Source of the DNA: an uncultured Nitrososphaerota archaeon
Lineage (GTDB): Archaea > Thermoproteota > Nitrososphaeria > Nitrososphaerales > Gagatemarchaeaceae
DNA length: 64,000 nt
NCBI GenBank assembly: GCA_963838925.1
Contig: CAWISW010000002.1
Span: 448,001 to 512,000 of the forward strand
Reading direction: 5' to 3'
The notes under the pieces were generated by a model. It was not told where the DNA came from. It saw only the letters and a list, made by a program, of their open reading frames with translations, and did no database searches. Below, piece after piece: positions 9,736 to 19,855 of the stretch. The stretch's first letter is position 1. Every line of letters begins with the position of its first letter. The translations under genes were made by a program, and so were the position numbers.

Positions 9736-10906
9736 GTGCGCAAGATCTACATCGCTGTCTTCGGCTCGGGCCTGGGCCACGCCACCCGGATGCTGGACAT
9801 AGCCGAGCGCCTTGGGTCGGACGGAGACAGCATCCGCTACTCCTGCTCTGGGCAGGGCTTGCGCTACCTGAGGACGCGCGTGCCGCTGGCCGAGACGGTC
9901 GAGTGCCCGCCGTTCGACGTGGAGTGGACCGAGGAGGGGAGCTTCTCCTCGTGGGTTCGTGGTGCACTTCCCGCTCATGCTCCGCTCCTTCACGAACCAG
10001 GTCGCGTTCGAGGCGGATAGCATCGGAAGGTTCGACCCGAAGGTCACGGTCTCTGACTCCCGGCTCTCGGCGGTCCTCGCCGCCAGGTCGAGGTCGTGCC
10101 CGGTCATCACGATGCTGAACCAGTTCAAGGTGACGCTCCCGCCGAGGTACAGGGGGGACGCCCTCGGGAAGCTCTACGAGAGGATAGCGGGGGACGTCCT
10201 GGGCCTCATGTGGTCGCTGAGCGATGAAGTGTTGCTTACCGACCTCCCCCCTCCCTACACGATCGGGGAGGCGAACGTGGACGGGACAGACCTGACGAGG
10301 ATAGTGAAGTACGTGGGGTTCACCACCCCCAGCCTCGAGGTGAGCGAAGAGAGGCTCCAAAAGGCGAGGGGCGTCCTGGAGTTCGACTCTCGGCCGCTCG
10401 TCTTCTTCCAGATAAGCGGACCTGATGCGACCAAGAAGAGGTTCATCGACATCGTCCTCAAGTCGGCGACCGCGCTCTCAGCAAGATACAAGATCGTTGT
10501 CTCCATGGGCTACCTGGGAGGCTCGGGGGAGCCGAGGAGGCTGGCCGACGGGACCCTGCTGTACGACTGGTGCCCGATCAAGGACGAGCTGTTCTTGCTC
10601 TCGCAGGTGCTGGTCGCCAGGGCGGGCCACAGGACGATCGGGCAGTGCATCGACTCCGGGAAGCCGGCCGTCCTCGTCCCGATCCACAACCACTCTGAGC
10701 AGCTCGGCAACGCCGAGAAGTTCCAGAGGCTCGGGCTGGGGATAGACATCCTGCCGCAGGACCTCGACCCCGAGGGCCTGACCGCGGCGGTGGACGCGTG
10801 CATGACGGACCCGAAGTACAGGAAGAACCTGGACGCCGTCGGGCAGGTCTCGAAGAGGTACAGGGGGATCGAGAAGTGCGCCGAGATGATAGACGCGTAC
10901 TCCTAG
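9736..10906 (+). pseudogene. GT-B (GT28/MJ1255-like) glycosyltransferase, frameshifted near 9953-9955
   Basis: N-terminal GSGLGHATR in 9736 frame; RAGHRTIGQC..GKPAVLVP..HSEQ..NA in 9959 frame. Confidence 0.75.
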
Positions 10907-10950
10907 GGTAAGACCCTCCTCGAAGCGCGGCGTCTCAGCGAGGCGGAGCC

Positions 10951-11646
10951 TCACCGCTGACGCGAGATGAAGCGCTCGAACTCTTTGAGCGATTCCGGGG
11001 TCCCTATCTCGTAGAACCTGTCCTTCACCGGGAACGCGAGGAGCTCGCCCCGCTTGATGAGCTCCCCGTAGAACTCCTCCTCGCCGCACTCCCTTCCCGC
11101 GCGGACGAAGGAAAGCGCGCTCCTCCTCAGGGCGGAGACACCGAAGTTCACCCAGTCCATGCCCGGCGCCTTTCCCGACTTTTGGTACCGCGCCACCATG
11201 CCGTCCCTCACGACGACGTCGCTCCTGCCATACCTGTCGTGGTTCTCGTAGACCGCCATGGCACCGAGCTTGCCCGACTTCTCGAGGGCGCTCATCAGGC
11301 GCCGATAGTCCGCCCTGAGGTAGGCGTCGCCGTACGTGACTAAGAAGCGCTCGTCGAGCAGGGGCTCGGCCTTCTTCAGCGCCCCGGCCGGCCCGAGGAG
11401 CTTGGGTCCGTCGTAGCTGTACCTGACCCTGACGCCCCACCTCCCGCCGTCCCCGAAATGAGACTCCACCTTCTCCCCGAGGTGGCCGACGCACAGCACG
11501 AAGTCGTCTATACCGCCCCCCTTCAGCAGTCCAATCTCGTGCTCGAGGAAGGGCTTCCCGGCCACGAGCACCATGGGCTTGGGCACCGACTTGGTCAGGC
11601 TTCCGAGCCTCGTCCCGAGGCCCCCCACGAGTATCGCGGCCTGCAC
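10951..11646 (-). CDS. Sugar-phosphate nucleotidyltransferase, HddC-like heptose-1-phosphate guanylyltransferase
   Basis: ILVGGLGTRL..KPM..GKPFLE, EIGTPES; directly downstream of HddA; GTG start at 11646. Confidence 0.8.
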   Translation of the reverse strand: MQAAILVGGLGTRLGSLTKSVPKPMVLVAGKPFLEHEIGLLKGGGIDDFVLCVGHLGEKVESHFGDGGRWGVRVRYSYDGPKLLGPAGALKKAEPLLDERFLVTYGDAYLRADYRRLMSALEKSGKLGAMAVYENHDRYGRSDVVVRDGMVARYQKSGKAPGMDWVNFGVSALRRSALSFVRAGRECGEEEFYGELIKRGELLAFPVKDRFYEIGTPESLKEFERFISRQR

Positions 11647-11678
11647 CTCAAGACCTCCCCCGCGTAAGCGATCCGCCC

Positions 11679-12683
11679 CTAGACGTTGTAGATTACCTTG
11701 CTGCCTTCGAAGTCGAACCGGAACCTCATCTCGGTCAGCCCCTCTGCTGCGAGGGCTGCCCTGACCTTCTCCCGTCCATCCTGGCAGAAGACCATCAGGA
11801 AGCCCCCGCCTCCCGCCCCCACCAGCTTCCCCCCGAGGGCGCCGTTCTTCCTCGCGATGGAATACCACGAATCGACGCGGTCGGTGGTCATGCTGTCGGT
11901 GATGCCCCGCTTGACGAGCCAGTGCTCGTGGAGAAGCTCGCCGAACCTCCTGAGGTCCCCGGACTCGAGCGCCTTCTTGCTCTCGAGGCCTATGGCCTTA
12001 ATCGAGTGCATCCTCTTGACTGCGTCTCCCTCCTTCTCCGAGACCTTGGCCTGCTGCTTCCCGAGGATCTCACCCGCGCTCCTCGTTATCCCCGTGTAGA
12101 ACATCATTATCCCGTACTCGAGCTCGGAGAGAGTGCTCTCGGATATGTCGAGCTCCCTCGCGGTGACGTTCCCGCGGGTGTCTATCTCGTAGGACCTTAT
12201 CCCCCCCAAGCTGGCACTGTACTCGTCCTGCTTTCCTGACGGCTCGTGCAGCCTGTTCATGGCGATGTCGCAGGCTATCTCCGCGACCTGCTCTGGCGTC
12301 TTGACCATCTTCTGGTGGGCGAAGAGGGCGTTGAGCAGACCCACGGTGAAGCTCCCAGACGAGCCGAGGCCGGTCGCAGCGGGGACGTCGGCGAGCGAGA
12401 CTATCTCGAGCTTGTCCCTCAGCTCCAAGAGCTTGAGAGCCTCCCTCACGAGGGGGTGGCGTATCTGGTCGATGGAGCTCACGATCTCCGTCTGGCTGTA
12501 GCTCAGCCTGATGCCCGGCTCGAACCTGTTGTTGACGACGATGTGCATGTACTTGTCGACCGCCCCGGAGACGAAGAATCCGCCGAACTTCGTGTAGTAG
12601 GCGGGCAGGTCCGTCCCGCCCCCTCCGAGCGACAGCCTGAAAGGGGTCCTTGAGACGATCAAAGGAGGATGCGGGCGCTCCAA
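11679..12683 (-). CDS. hddA: GHMP kinase, D-glycero-alpha-D-manno-heptose-7-phosphate kinase-like
   Basis: RTPFRLSLGGGGTD, GLGSSGS, GKQDEY, GGKLVGAGGGGF. Confidence 0.85.
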   Translation of the reverse strand: MERPHPPLIVSRTPFRLSLGGGGTDLPAYYTKFGGFFVSGAVDKYMHIVVNNRFEPGIRLSYSQTEIVSSIDQIRHPLVREALKLLELRDKLEIVSLADVPAATGLGSSGSFTVGLLNALFAHQKMVKTPEQVAEIACDIAMNRLHEPSGKQDEYSASLGGIRSYEIDTRGNVTARELDISESTLSELEYGIMMFYTGITRSAGEILGKQQAKVSEKEGDAVKRMHSIKAIGLESKKALESGDLRRFGELLHEHWLVKRGITDSMTTDRVDSWYSIARKNGALGGKLVGAGGGGFLMVFCQDGREKVRAALAAEGLTEMRFRFDFEGSKVIYNV

Positions 12684-12716
12684 ATCCGAGCCCCCTTTTC
12701 GAGTATTTAACCAGTC

Positions 12717-13352
12717 TCAGGGCGGCGAGAGGTTGGCGGGCTGCGCGGGCCTTCTGGCGAAGAGCTTGCCCGCCCTTGACGCGATAGGCTCCCAGTCTAT
12801 CTTGTAGACGACGATGCCGAGCACCACGAAGACCGCGGACGCGATTATCGAAAGCTCCAGCTGGGTGAGCCCGAAGAGGCGGTGCGTGAGACGGGATATC
12901 TCCAAGAGCCCCGAGAGCTCGAGCAGTATCTCGAAGGCGCTCTTCGCGAGCTTGGCGATGAACGTCACCCCGAGCATGGGCGCCAGCTTGGCCCTGTTGG
13001 CGCCCGCCCCGATGTAGACGTAGTCGTCGAGGGGGAGGGCGGGGAGCAGGGCGGTGACGAAGAGCCCCAGGTAGAATCCGCTCTTTCCCAGCCACGTGCC
13101 GAGCAGCCTCACGTTCTTGTTCCTCTTGAGGCTGTTCTGGAGCCCGAGGGCGCTGAAGTAGATCACGATCTTCCCGATGGTCGCCCCGAGGGCGGTCACG
13201 AAGACGACCAGAGTGAAGCTCTCGAGGTTGATTCCGGTGGCGGCGAGCTCCGCCGTCGCTATGAAGGTGTACGAGGCTCCGAAGAACGCCGTCGCGTTTG
13301 AAACCACCGAGAAGAGGAAGAGAAGGAGAAGGCGCACCGCTGCAGAAATCAT
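12717..13352 (-). CDS. VTT/DedA-like membrane protein
   Basis: ALGATIGKIVIY and PALPLDD motifs with several TM helices. Confidence 0.65.
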   Translation of the reverse strand: MISAAVRLLLLFLFSVVSNATAFFGASYTFIATAELAATGINLESFTLVVFVTALGATIGKIVIYFSALGLQNSLKRNKNVRLLGTWLGKSGFYLGLFVTALLPALPLDDYVYIGAGANRAKLAPMLGVTFIAKLAKSAFEILLELSGLLEISRLTHRLFGLTQLELSIIASAVFVVLGIVVYKIDWEPIASRAGKLFARRPAQPANLSPP

Positions 13353-13504
13353 TCGTAACAGACGCTCTGGCGACGCTCCCCGCGGGCCCCTTATAGACGG
13401 TGCGCGGCCTCGGCCTCGTCGCCTCGAGGAGGCCCTCGCGGCAACAGCCTAAAATACGGAGTTGACCCGCTTCAGTGAGGAAACCTCACGGCGGTGGCAT
13501 ATCA

Positions 13505-15007
13505 TTGAACAAGCTGGTCATCATCGGGCTCGACGCAGCCGACTTTCAGCTGACGAGGGGCTTCATGGAGAGCGGGGACATGCCGAGGCTCTCCGCCATC
13601 CGGGACCAGAGCTGCTTCTCGAGCCTAAAGTCCGGCATTCCGCCGCAAACCGCCCCCGCGTGGACGTCCATCACGACAGGAGTGAACCCGGGAAAGCACG
13701 GGATATACTACTTCTACAACTTCACTACCTTCCCGCTCACCATAACCAACTCCACGGACACCTCGACCCCGAGGATCTGGGACTACGTCCAGTCTCTCGG
13801 CGAGAGGTCCGTGATGGTCAACGTCCCGGTCACCTATCCCGTGCACGAGATCTCGGGGTCGATCGTCTCCGGGATACCCCCCTGGTTCATCGACGAGAGG
13901 TCGGTCTATCCCCAGGCCCTGCTGGCCCGGCTAAGGGCGGCTGGCTACGAGATAGACACCCCGCTGAGCAGGGGCCTCGAGAAGCAGCCCGACGTCATGG
14001 TCGGCAAGATGATAGCGACCGAGGAGAAGAGAGTCGAGCTCTTCCTTGACCTGTTGAAGGAGGAGGACTGGTCCTTCGGCATGATAGTGCTCACCGCCTT
14101 GGACCGCCTCCAGCACAAGGCTATGGGCAAGGGGGACGAGGAGAGCGAGGCTGTGAGGCGCGGCTACCGCGAGGTCGACAGGCTCGTGGGAAGGCTGATC
14201 GACTCGATCGGCGCGGGCGTCAACTTCCTAATCGTCTCAGACCACGGCTTCAACCCGAGACCCCTCGCGTTCTATCCAAACGCGTGGCTCCACGGCCAGG
14301 GGCTGCTGAAGAGGAAGTCCTCCTTGCCCAACCGCCTCACAAGGGCAGCCCACGACCTGCTCGACGGGCACCTGCTCTGGCTCCCACAGGGGCTGACCAA
14401 GAGGTACCAGGGCGCCACGACGGTCGTCCACACCATCGACGCCGTCGACCTGGAAAGGTCGCGAGCCTTCGTGCCCGGGACCGACGGCGTGATCGTCGTG
14501 AAGTCGAAAGAGGACGAGAAGGCGATAGTCTCGGGCCTCTCCGGGCTGAGGGACGACTCGGGCAAGGAGGTCTGCAAGGTCTACGCCCGAGACGAGGTCT
14601 ACAAGGGCGACAGGCTGGAGTCCGCTCCCGAGCTGCTGATCGTACCGCGCGACGACGTCAACATCAAGACCGACCCTTACAGCCGAAGCGTCCTGTCAAG
14701 GTCAGGCGACTTTCCGAAAGCAAACCACGGCCCGAACGGCATATTCCTCGCCACCGGCCCCGGGATCAGAAGTTCGGGAGGCTTCGAGGTCTGCCTGGAG
14801 GACGTAGCCGCGACCTCGCTCGCGCTGATGGGTATATTACCGCCAGATTCCATGGATGGGCACGTGATTCAGGACATCTTGGCGGAGCCGCATCCTGCTC
14901 ACCCTCTCAAGCCGACAGACGTAATAAGCGACGGCCGCGACTATGCGTTCTCGGAGGAGGACGAAAGACGGGTTATGGATAACCTGAAGCGCCTTGGCTA
15001 CACCTGA
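13505..15007 (+). CDS. Alkaline-phosphatase superfamily (nucleotide pyrophosphatase/phosphodiesterase-type) protein
   Basis: IIGLDAA, PQTAPAWTSITTGVNPGKHG, DRLQH, VSDHGF, C-terminal LKRLGY. Confidence 0.85.
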   Translation: MNKLVIIGLDAADFQLTRGFMESGDMPRLSAIRDQSCFSSLKSGIPPQTAPAWTSITTGVNPGKHGIYYFYNFTTFPLTITNSTDTSTPRIWDYVQSLGERSVMVNVPVTYPVHEISGSIVSGIPPWFIDERSVYPQALLARLRAAGYEIDTPLSRGLEKQPDVMVGKMIATEEKRVELFLDLLKEEDWSFGMIVLTALDRLQHKAMGKGDEESEAVRRGYREVDRLVGRLIDSIGAGVNFLIVSDHGFNPRPLAFYPNAWLHGQGLLKRKSSLPNRLTRAAHDLLDGHLLWLPQGLTKRYQGATTVVHTIDAVDLERSRAFVPGTDGVIVVKSKEDEKAIVSGLSGLRDDSGKEVCKVYARDEVYKGDRLESAPELLIVPRDDVNIKTDPYSRSVLSRSGDFPKANHGPNGIFLATGPGIRSSGGFEVCLEDVAATSLALMGILPPDSMDGHVIQDILAEPHPAHPLKPTDVISDGRDYAFSEEDERRVMDNLKRLGYT

Positions 15008-15089
15008 TTCTGAGCCGAGAAGGGACCAGGGCTGGTCTCCCCTCCGGGCGGCATCGACCGAGTTTGCTCCGCTGTCGGAGGTCGGTCAA

Positions 15090-16601
15090 ATGGCGTCCTC
15101 AGAGAGGGCGAAGAAGATCGCCTCGGGCATAAGGTCTCTCACCGTCCAGAACCTGGTCAACAGCGTGGTCGGCTTTGTCTTCCTGACAATGCTGCTGCGA
15201 CTCTTGACGCCTTCCGAGTACGGCCTCTATTCGTCGATCGTGCTGGTCACAGGGATCGGTTCGTCCGTCGCGTTCTTCGGCCTGCAGTCCGCCGCCACCA
15301 GGTTCGTCGCTTACATGGCGCACGACGAGGGGGAGTCTAGAGTCGTGTCGAGGTCGATAGTCGTCCTCTCCTTGATCTTCACCTCGGCGGCCACGGTCGT
15401 CTTTGTGATGCTCTCGCCTGCGCTCTCGATGTACTTCACGAAGAGCGCAAGCTCGGCTTGGATCTTCGCCGCGTCGGGCGCATGGCTCTTCTCGAGCACC
15501 ATCTCGGGGATATTCCAGGGCCTCGTCCAGGGCATGAAGAAGTACGAGTCTCTGGCAAGGGTTCTGATAAGCGCGAACCTCGCGATGGTGTGCCTGACCG
15601 TGCTAGGCCTCTTCGAGTTCCACAGCGTAATCGTCCCCATCGTCGGCTGGGTCTTCTACGGACTCGTGATCAGCGTCTGGTCGCTCGCCATCACCCGAAA
15701 GCGGCTCCTTGTCGCAGCTCCCGCCAGGGCGCGCGGGCGCACCGTGAAACAGGTGCTGAGGTACTCGATACCCCTGGGGATCGCGGGGATAGTGACTGTA
15801 GCGACGGGCGCCGCAGACCCGTTGGTGGTGGGGGGCCTGCTCAACGAAGCTCAGATGGGCGCGTACTACGCTGCGATAGCCATCTCCGGGGGCATAGGCG
15901 TGATGCTCTTCACGCCGCTCAACACCGCGTTCTTCCCGGAGACGTCCTCGAACGCGAACGACCCTGGCAAGCTCACGTCAGGGTTGAGGCTCGCGTTCAG
16001 GTACACAATGCTAGCCCTGATCCCAGTGTCCTTCGCGCTCGTCGGCCTCTCCAAGCAGATGATCAGGCTGTTCTCAGGGGGCGCGGCGAGCTATCTCATC
16101 GCAAACCCATCGCTGCAGCTGATGTCGTTCTTCTTCCTCTTCGTCGCGATGCAGGGGATACTCACGTCCCTGCTCCTCTCGACCGGAAGGACGGTTCAGG
16201 TGATGTGGATAGGAGTGGTGACCGTGGTGCTGGACCTGGCGTTGTCGGTGCTGCTGGTCCCGAGCTTTGGGATCCTGGGGGCCGCGACGAGCAGGATAGT
16301 GGTGGACATCGCGGGCTTCCTGATGGCGGTCTATCTGACCAAGGCCTACCTTGCGGGGGTCGCGGACGTCGGGTTCCACGCCAAGGTGATCGCCTCCTCG
16401 CTCATCATGCTGGGGGTGCTCTTCTCGCTGTCAAAGTTCCTGTCGAACAGGACGCTGACGCTCGGCCCGTACGCGCTCATAGGCGCGGCGGTCTTCCTCC
16501 TCTGCGCGCGCGGCCTGCAGCTCCTGACCGAAGAGGACAAGAGGTACTTGGAGCACTTCATGCCCGCCAGCCTTGGCAGGCTGATGCGCATGCTCCTCTG
16601 A
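15090..16601 (+). CDS. Oligosaccharide flippase (Wzx/MOP family)
   Basis: Many TM helices, RLLTPSEYGLY, LVPSFGILGAA; GGAGGT upstream of ATG 15090. Confidence 0.85.
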   Translation: MASSERAKKIASGIRSLTVQNLVNSVVGFVFLTMLLRLLTPSEYGLYSSIVLVTGIGSSVAFFGLQSAATRFVAYMAHDEGESRVVSRSIVVLSLIFTSAATVVFVMLSPALSMYFTKSASSAWIFAASGAWLFSSTISGIFQGLVQGMKKYESLARVLISANLAMVCLTVLGLFEFHSVIVPIVGWVFYGLVISVWSLAITRKRLLVAAPARARGRTVKQVLRYSIPLGIAGIVTVATGAADPLVVGGLLNEAQMGAYYAAIAISGGIGVMLFTPLNTAFFPETSSNANDPGKLTSGLRLAFRYTMLALIPVSFALVGLSKQMIRLFSGGAASYLIANPSLQLMSFFFLFVAMQGILTSLLLSTGRTVQVMWIGVVTVVLDLALSVLLVPSFGILGAATSRIVVDIAGFLMAVYLTKAYLAGVADVGFHAKVIASSLIMLGVLFSLSKFLSNRTLTLGPYALIGAAVFLLCARGLQLLTEEDKRYLEHFMPASLGRLMRMLL

Positions 16602-16668
16602 CGCCGCCCCCCAAAGCGAAAAGCCGACAGACAGACTTAAAGCGATTATAGGGCGCAAGTTCGCCGAC

Positions 16669-17286
16669 TTGGCCCGAACGCAGGAATACCTCGAGGAGGT
16701 CTCTCAGATCACGGCGAAGCTGGACAGGGGAGCCATCGACAAGGCGATAGGTGTCCTGTACGACGCATGGAAGAACGACAGCCAGGTCTTCGCCATAGGC
16801 AACGGAGGGTCTGCCTCCACCGCGACGCACTTCGCGTGCGACCTCAACAAGTGGGTCTCTGACGAGGCCGACAGGAAGTTCCGGGCTTTCTCCCTGGTGG
16901 ACAACATCCCCCTCGTGAGCGCTCTCACGAACGACAACGGCTGGGGCGACATCTACTACGAGCAGCTCAGGAACTTCTTCAGGAAGGGGGACGTCCTGGT
17001 GGCGATCAGCGTACACGGAGGCTCGGGCAGCGACAAGGCCGGGCCTTGGTCGCAGAACCTTTTGAAGGCGGTGAAGTACGCGAAGGACAACGGCGGGAAG
17101 GTCGTCGGCCTCTCCGGGTTCGACGGCGGCGTGCTGAGGACTGCCTCCGACGCCTGCATCGTCGTCCCCGCGAACTCCACTCCGCACGTCGAGGGCATGC
17201 ACCTCGTCCTGACGCACCTGATGTGCGAGCAGCTTAGAGGAATGATCTCGTCCAAGGCCGCAGGCGCGAAGCCCTCCAGATACTGA
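16669..17286 (+). CDS. gmhA: Phosphoheptose isomerase (SIS domain)
   Basis: GNGGSASTATHFACDL, ALTNDNG, GFDGG, HVEGMH. Confidence 0.88.
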   Translation: MARTQEYLEEVSQITAKLDRGAIDKAIGVLYDAWKNDSQVFAIGNGGSASTATHFACDLNKWVSDEADRKFRAFSLVDNIPLVSALTNDNGWGDIYYEQLRNFFRKGDVLVAISVHGGSGSDKAGPWSQNLLKAVKYAKDNGGKVVGLSGFDGGVLRTASDACIVVPANSTPHVEGMHLVLTHLMCEQLRGMISSKAAGAKPSRY

Positions 17287-17297
17287 CACTTCGCCCC

Positions 17298-17930
17298 CTA
17301 ACTGCGGGCCCTTCTCGTCTTTGGTGCGGTCGAGTTGTCCAGGCTCCTCAGAAGGTCGGGCACGGCCTTGAGCGAGGGAAGGACGTAGTCGGGCTGGGCG
17401 CGCTCGCTCTCGATCATCTTGCCTAGGAAGGTCGTGACGTGGCCGAGCAGGACGGTCTTGCAGCCCGCGGCCCTCCCGGCCTTCACGTCGACGAGCGCGT
17501 CACCCACGAAGAACGACCTCCCGAGGTCGACTCCGTTCTCTCGGGCCGCTCGAAGCAGGAGGCCGGGCTTTGGCTTCCTGCAGTCGCAGTCCAGCCTGTA
17601 CTTCTTTACCAATGCGTCCGGGTGGTGGAGGCAGTAGTACTCGCCGTCCAGCGAGCCCCCGCCCTTGGCCAGCTTTTCGCGGACCATCCCGTTCATCTTC
17701 TCGAACTCGGAGTACGAGAGCTGCCTCTTGGCGACCCCTGGTTGGTTCGAGACGAGTATCGCCAGGTACCCGAGCTCCTTAATCCTCTTCACCGACTCTC
17801 CCGCGCGGGGGGCTATCCTGAGCTGCCTCGCCGAGAGGGGGCTCCCTATGCTCCCCTCTTCGTGGTTGTACTCCAGGTCGTTCAGGACCCCGTCCCGGTC
17901 GAGGAAGACCGCCCTCTTTCGTCCCTTTAC
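17298..17930 (-). CDS. gmhB: D,D-heptose-1,7-bisphosphate phosphatase (HAD); start uncertain
   Basis: AVFLDRDGVLN, VSNQPG, CLHHP..CDCRKPKPG, VGD..DVKAG; the track ATG at 18041 lies only 13 nt from the divergent transaldolase start. Confidence 0.85.
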   Translation of the reverse strand, partial: VKGRKRAVFLDRDGVLNDLEYNHEEGSIGSPLSARQLRIAPRAGESVKRIKELGYLAILVSNQPGVAKRQLSYSEFEKMNGMVREKLAKGGGSLDGEYYCLHHPDALVKKYRLDCDCRKPKPGLLLRAARENGVDLGRSFFVGDALVDVKAGRAAGCKTVLLGHVTTFLGKMIESERAQPDYVLPSLKAVPDLLRSLDNSTAPKTRRARS

Positions 17931-18053
17931 TCCCCCTCCGCGGCTTTGTCGAGTCGTCTTGGAGTCACCCGTCCGGACCGACTTTATGCCTTTCGCAATA
18001 ACAGCAATTCTTATACGACAGGCCGGGTTAACCTCGGCCATAGGCGCATTGGC

Positions 18054-18734
18054 GTGGTCCAGTTCTTCCTAGATACCGCCTCTTTGAACGAAATAGAGGT
18101 CATTTCACGGCAGGGCGTGACCGAAGGAGTCACCACGAACCAAAAGATACTCCTCACCGAAGGGAAGGTGGACTTTAAGCGGCGGATCATGGAGATCTGC
18201 AGGCTCGTAAAGGGCCCCGTGAGCGTGGAGACGACAAAGAGCTCAGTGCAGGAGCTCCTCGCGCAGGGGAGGGAGTTCGCATCCTGGCACAAGAACATCG
18301 TGGTCAAAGTCGCGATGCACGGCGACGGGAGGGGCCTCGAGGTGGTGCACCAGCTCGCAAAGGAGCACATCAAGACCAACATGACCGTGATGATGACGTT
18401 CAACCAGCTCGTCCTGGCGTCCAAGGCGGGCGCGACCTATGTCTCGCTGTTCTACAACAGGGCGATCGAAGCCCGCGAGAACCCGTTGCAGATAATCAGG
18501 GATTACGCGGCCCTCGCGAAGGAGGACAGCACGATGGGGAGGCTTATCGTCGGGAGCATACGGAAGCCCGAGGACGTCGCCCTCGCGGTGGCGGCGGGCG
18601 CCCACATCATGACCGTGCCCTTCAAGATCCTAAAGCAGATGCCCTACAACAAGCGGACCGAGGAGACCATCGATGAGTTCGACAAGGCCTGGGAGGAATT
18701 CGAGGCCATGAAGAAGGAAGCCATCGTCCGGTGA
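18054..18734 (+). CDS. tal: Transaldolase / fructose-6-phosphate aldolase family
   Basis: FFLDTA, GVTTN, GPVSVE, NIVVKV, KTNMT, GSIR, GAHIMTVP; GTG start inside longer track ORF. Confidence 0.85.
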   Translation: MVQFFLDTASLNEIEVISRQGVTEGVTTNQKILLTEGKVDFKRRIMEICRLVKGPVSVETTKSSVQELLAQGREFASWHKNIVVKVAMHGDGRGLEVVHQLAKEHIKTNMTVMMTFNQLVLASKAGATYVSLFYNRAIEARENPLQIIRDYAALAKEDSTMGRLIVGSIRKPEDVALAVAAGAHIMTVPFKILKQMPYNKRTEETIDEFDKAWEEFEAMKKEAIVR

Positions 18735-18895
18735 ATGGGGCAGGTAAGGGCGCCGTTCTCGTCACCAAGCAGGCATCTGTCAACCCGCAAAGTTCTTCGG
18801 ATTGCGCGTAGCTCGGAATAAGGCAGAGCTAGATTGACCGAGTTGCTGCCTCCATCGGATGATTTATGCGAGGAGAGAGGAGGCCGGTTGAGGGA

Positions 18896-19849
18896 ATGAA
18901 GAAGGCCCTGGTCACCGGCGGACTCGGCTTCATCGGCAGCCACCTCGTCGACCGCCTGCTCGACGACGGGTGGAGCGTGGTTGTCCTTGACAACCTCCTG
19001 ACGGGCCGTCGCTCCAACGTGGCTCACCACAAGGGCAACCCCCGCCTGAAGGTGGTGGAGGGGGACATCAGGGACCTCGAAACCGTCTCAAAGTCCTCAC
19101 AGGGTTGCGACGCGGTCTTCCACCTCGCCGCCCACGCGCTGATGCGGGTGAGCCTCCGCGACCACCGCGCAGACCTCGAGCACAACGTCGTCGGGACCCT
19201 CAACGTCCTCGAGAGCATGGTGGCGAACAAGGTCAAGGACTTCATCTTCGCTTCCACCTCGGCCCTCTATGGAGAGGCCGCGGTCACCCCGACCCCCGAG
19301 ACCTACTCGGGCATCCAGACGTCGCTCTACGGGGCTGCAAAGCTCGCGGGCGAGGGGTACGCCTCGGCGTTTGCGGAGTTCAGCCCGATCAAGGTGTGGG
19401 CCTATAGGTTCGGGACGGTCCTCGGAGAGAGGTGCAGGAGGGGGGCAATCTGGGACTTCACCCACAAGCTGCTCGCGGACCCCTCCAAGCTTGAGATACT
19501 GGGCGACGGAAAGCAGAGCAAGGACTACCTGTCCGTGAAGGACTGCGTCGACGGCATCATGCTCGGCTACGCGAAGAGCTCGGGCCGCGTGAACATCTTC
19601 AACCTCGGCCTCCAGGAGCAGACCACGGTCAACGAGGTTGCCGACATCGTGATCGAGGAGATGGGGCTCACGAAGGTGAAGAAGAGCTACACGGGCGGCG
19701 CCCGCGGATGGGTGGGCGACAACCCGGTGGTCTACCTCTCCACGAAGAAGATCAAGGGGCTAGGATGGAAGCCCAAGACGTCCCCCGCCGACGCGCTCAG
19801 GCAGACCGCGCGATGGACGCTGCGAGAGGTCGGTAGGCAAGGGAAGTAG
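18896..19849 (+). CDS. NAD-dependent epimerase/dehydratase (extended SDR, GalE-like)
   Basis: VTGGLGFIGSH, YGAAK, ILGDGKQSKDY. Confidence 0.88.
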   Translation: MKKALVTGGLGFIGSHLVDRLLDDGWSVVVLDNLLTGRRSNVAHHKGNPRLKVVEGDIRDLETVSKSSQGCDAVFHLAAHALMRVSLRDHRADLEHNVVGTLNVLESMVANKVKDFIFASTSALYGEAAVTPTPETYSGIQTSLYGAAKLAGEGYASAFAEFSPIKVWAYRFGTVLGERCRRGAIWDFTHKLLADPSKLEILGDGKQSKDYLSVKDCVDGIMLGYAKSSGRVNIFNLGLQEQTTVNEVADIVIEEMGLTKVKKSYTGGARGWVGDNPVVYLSTKKIKGLGWKPKTSPADALRQTARWTLREVGRQGK

Positions 19850-19855
19850 CGGAGC

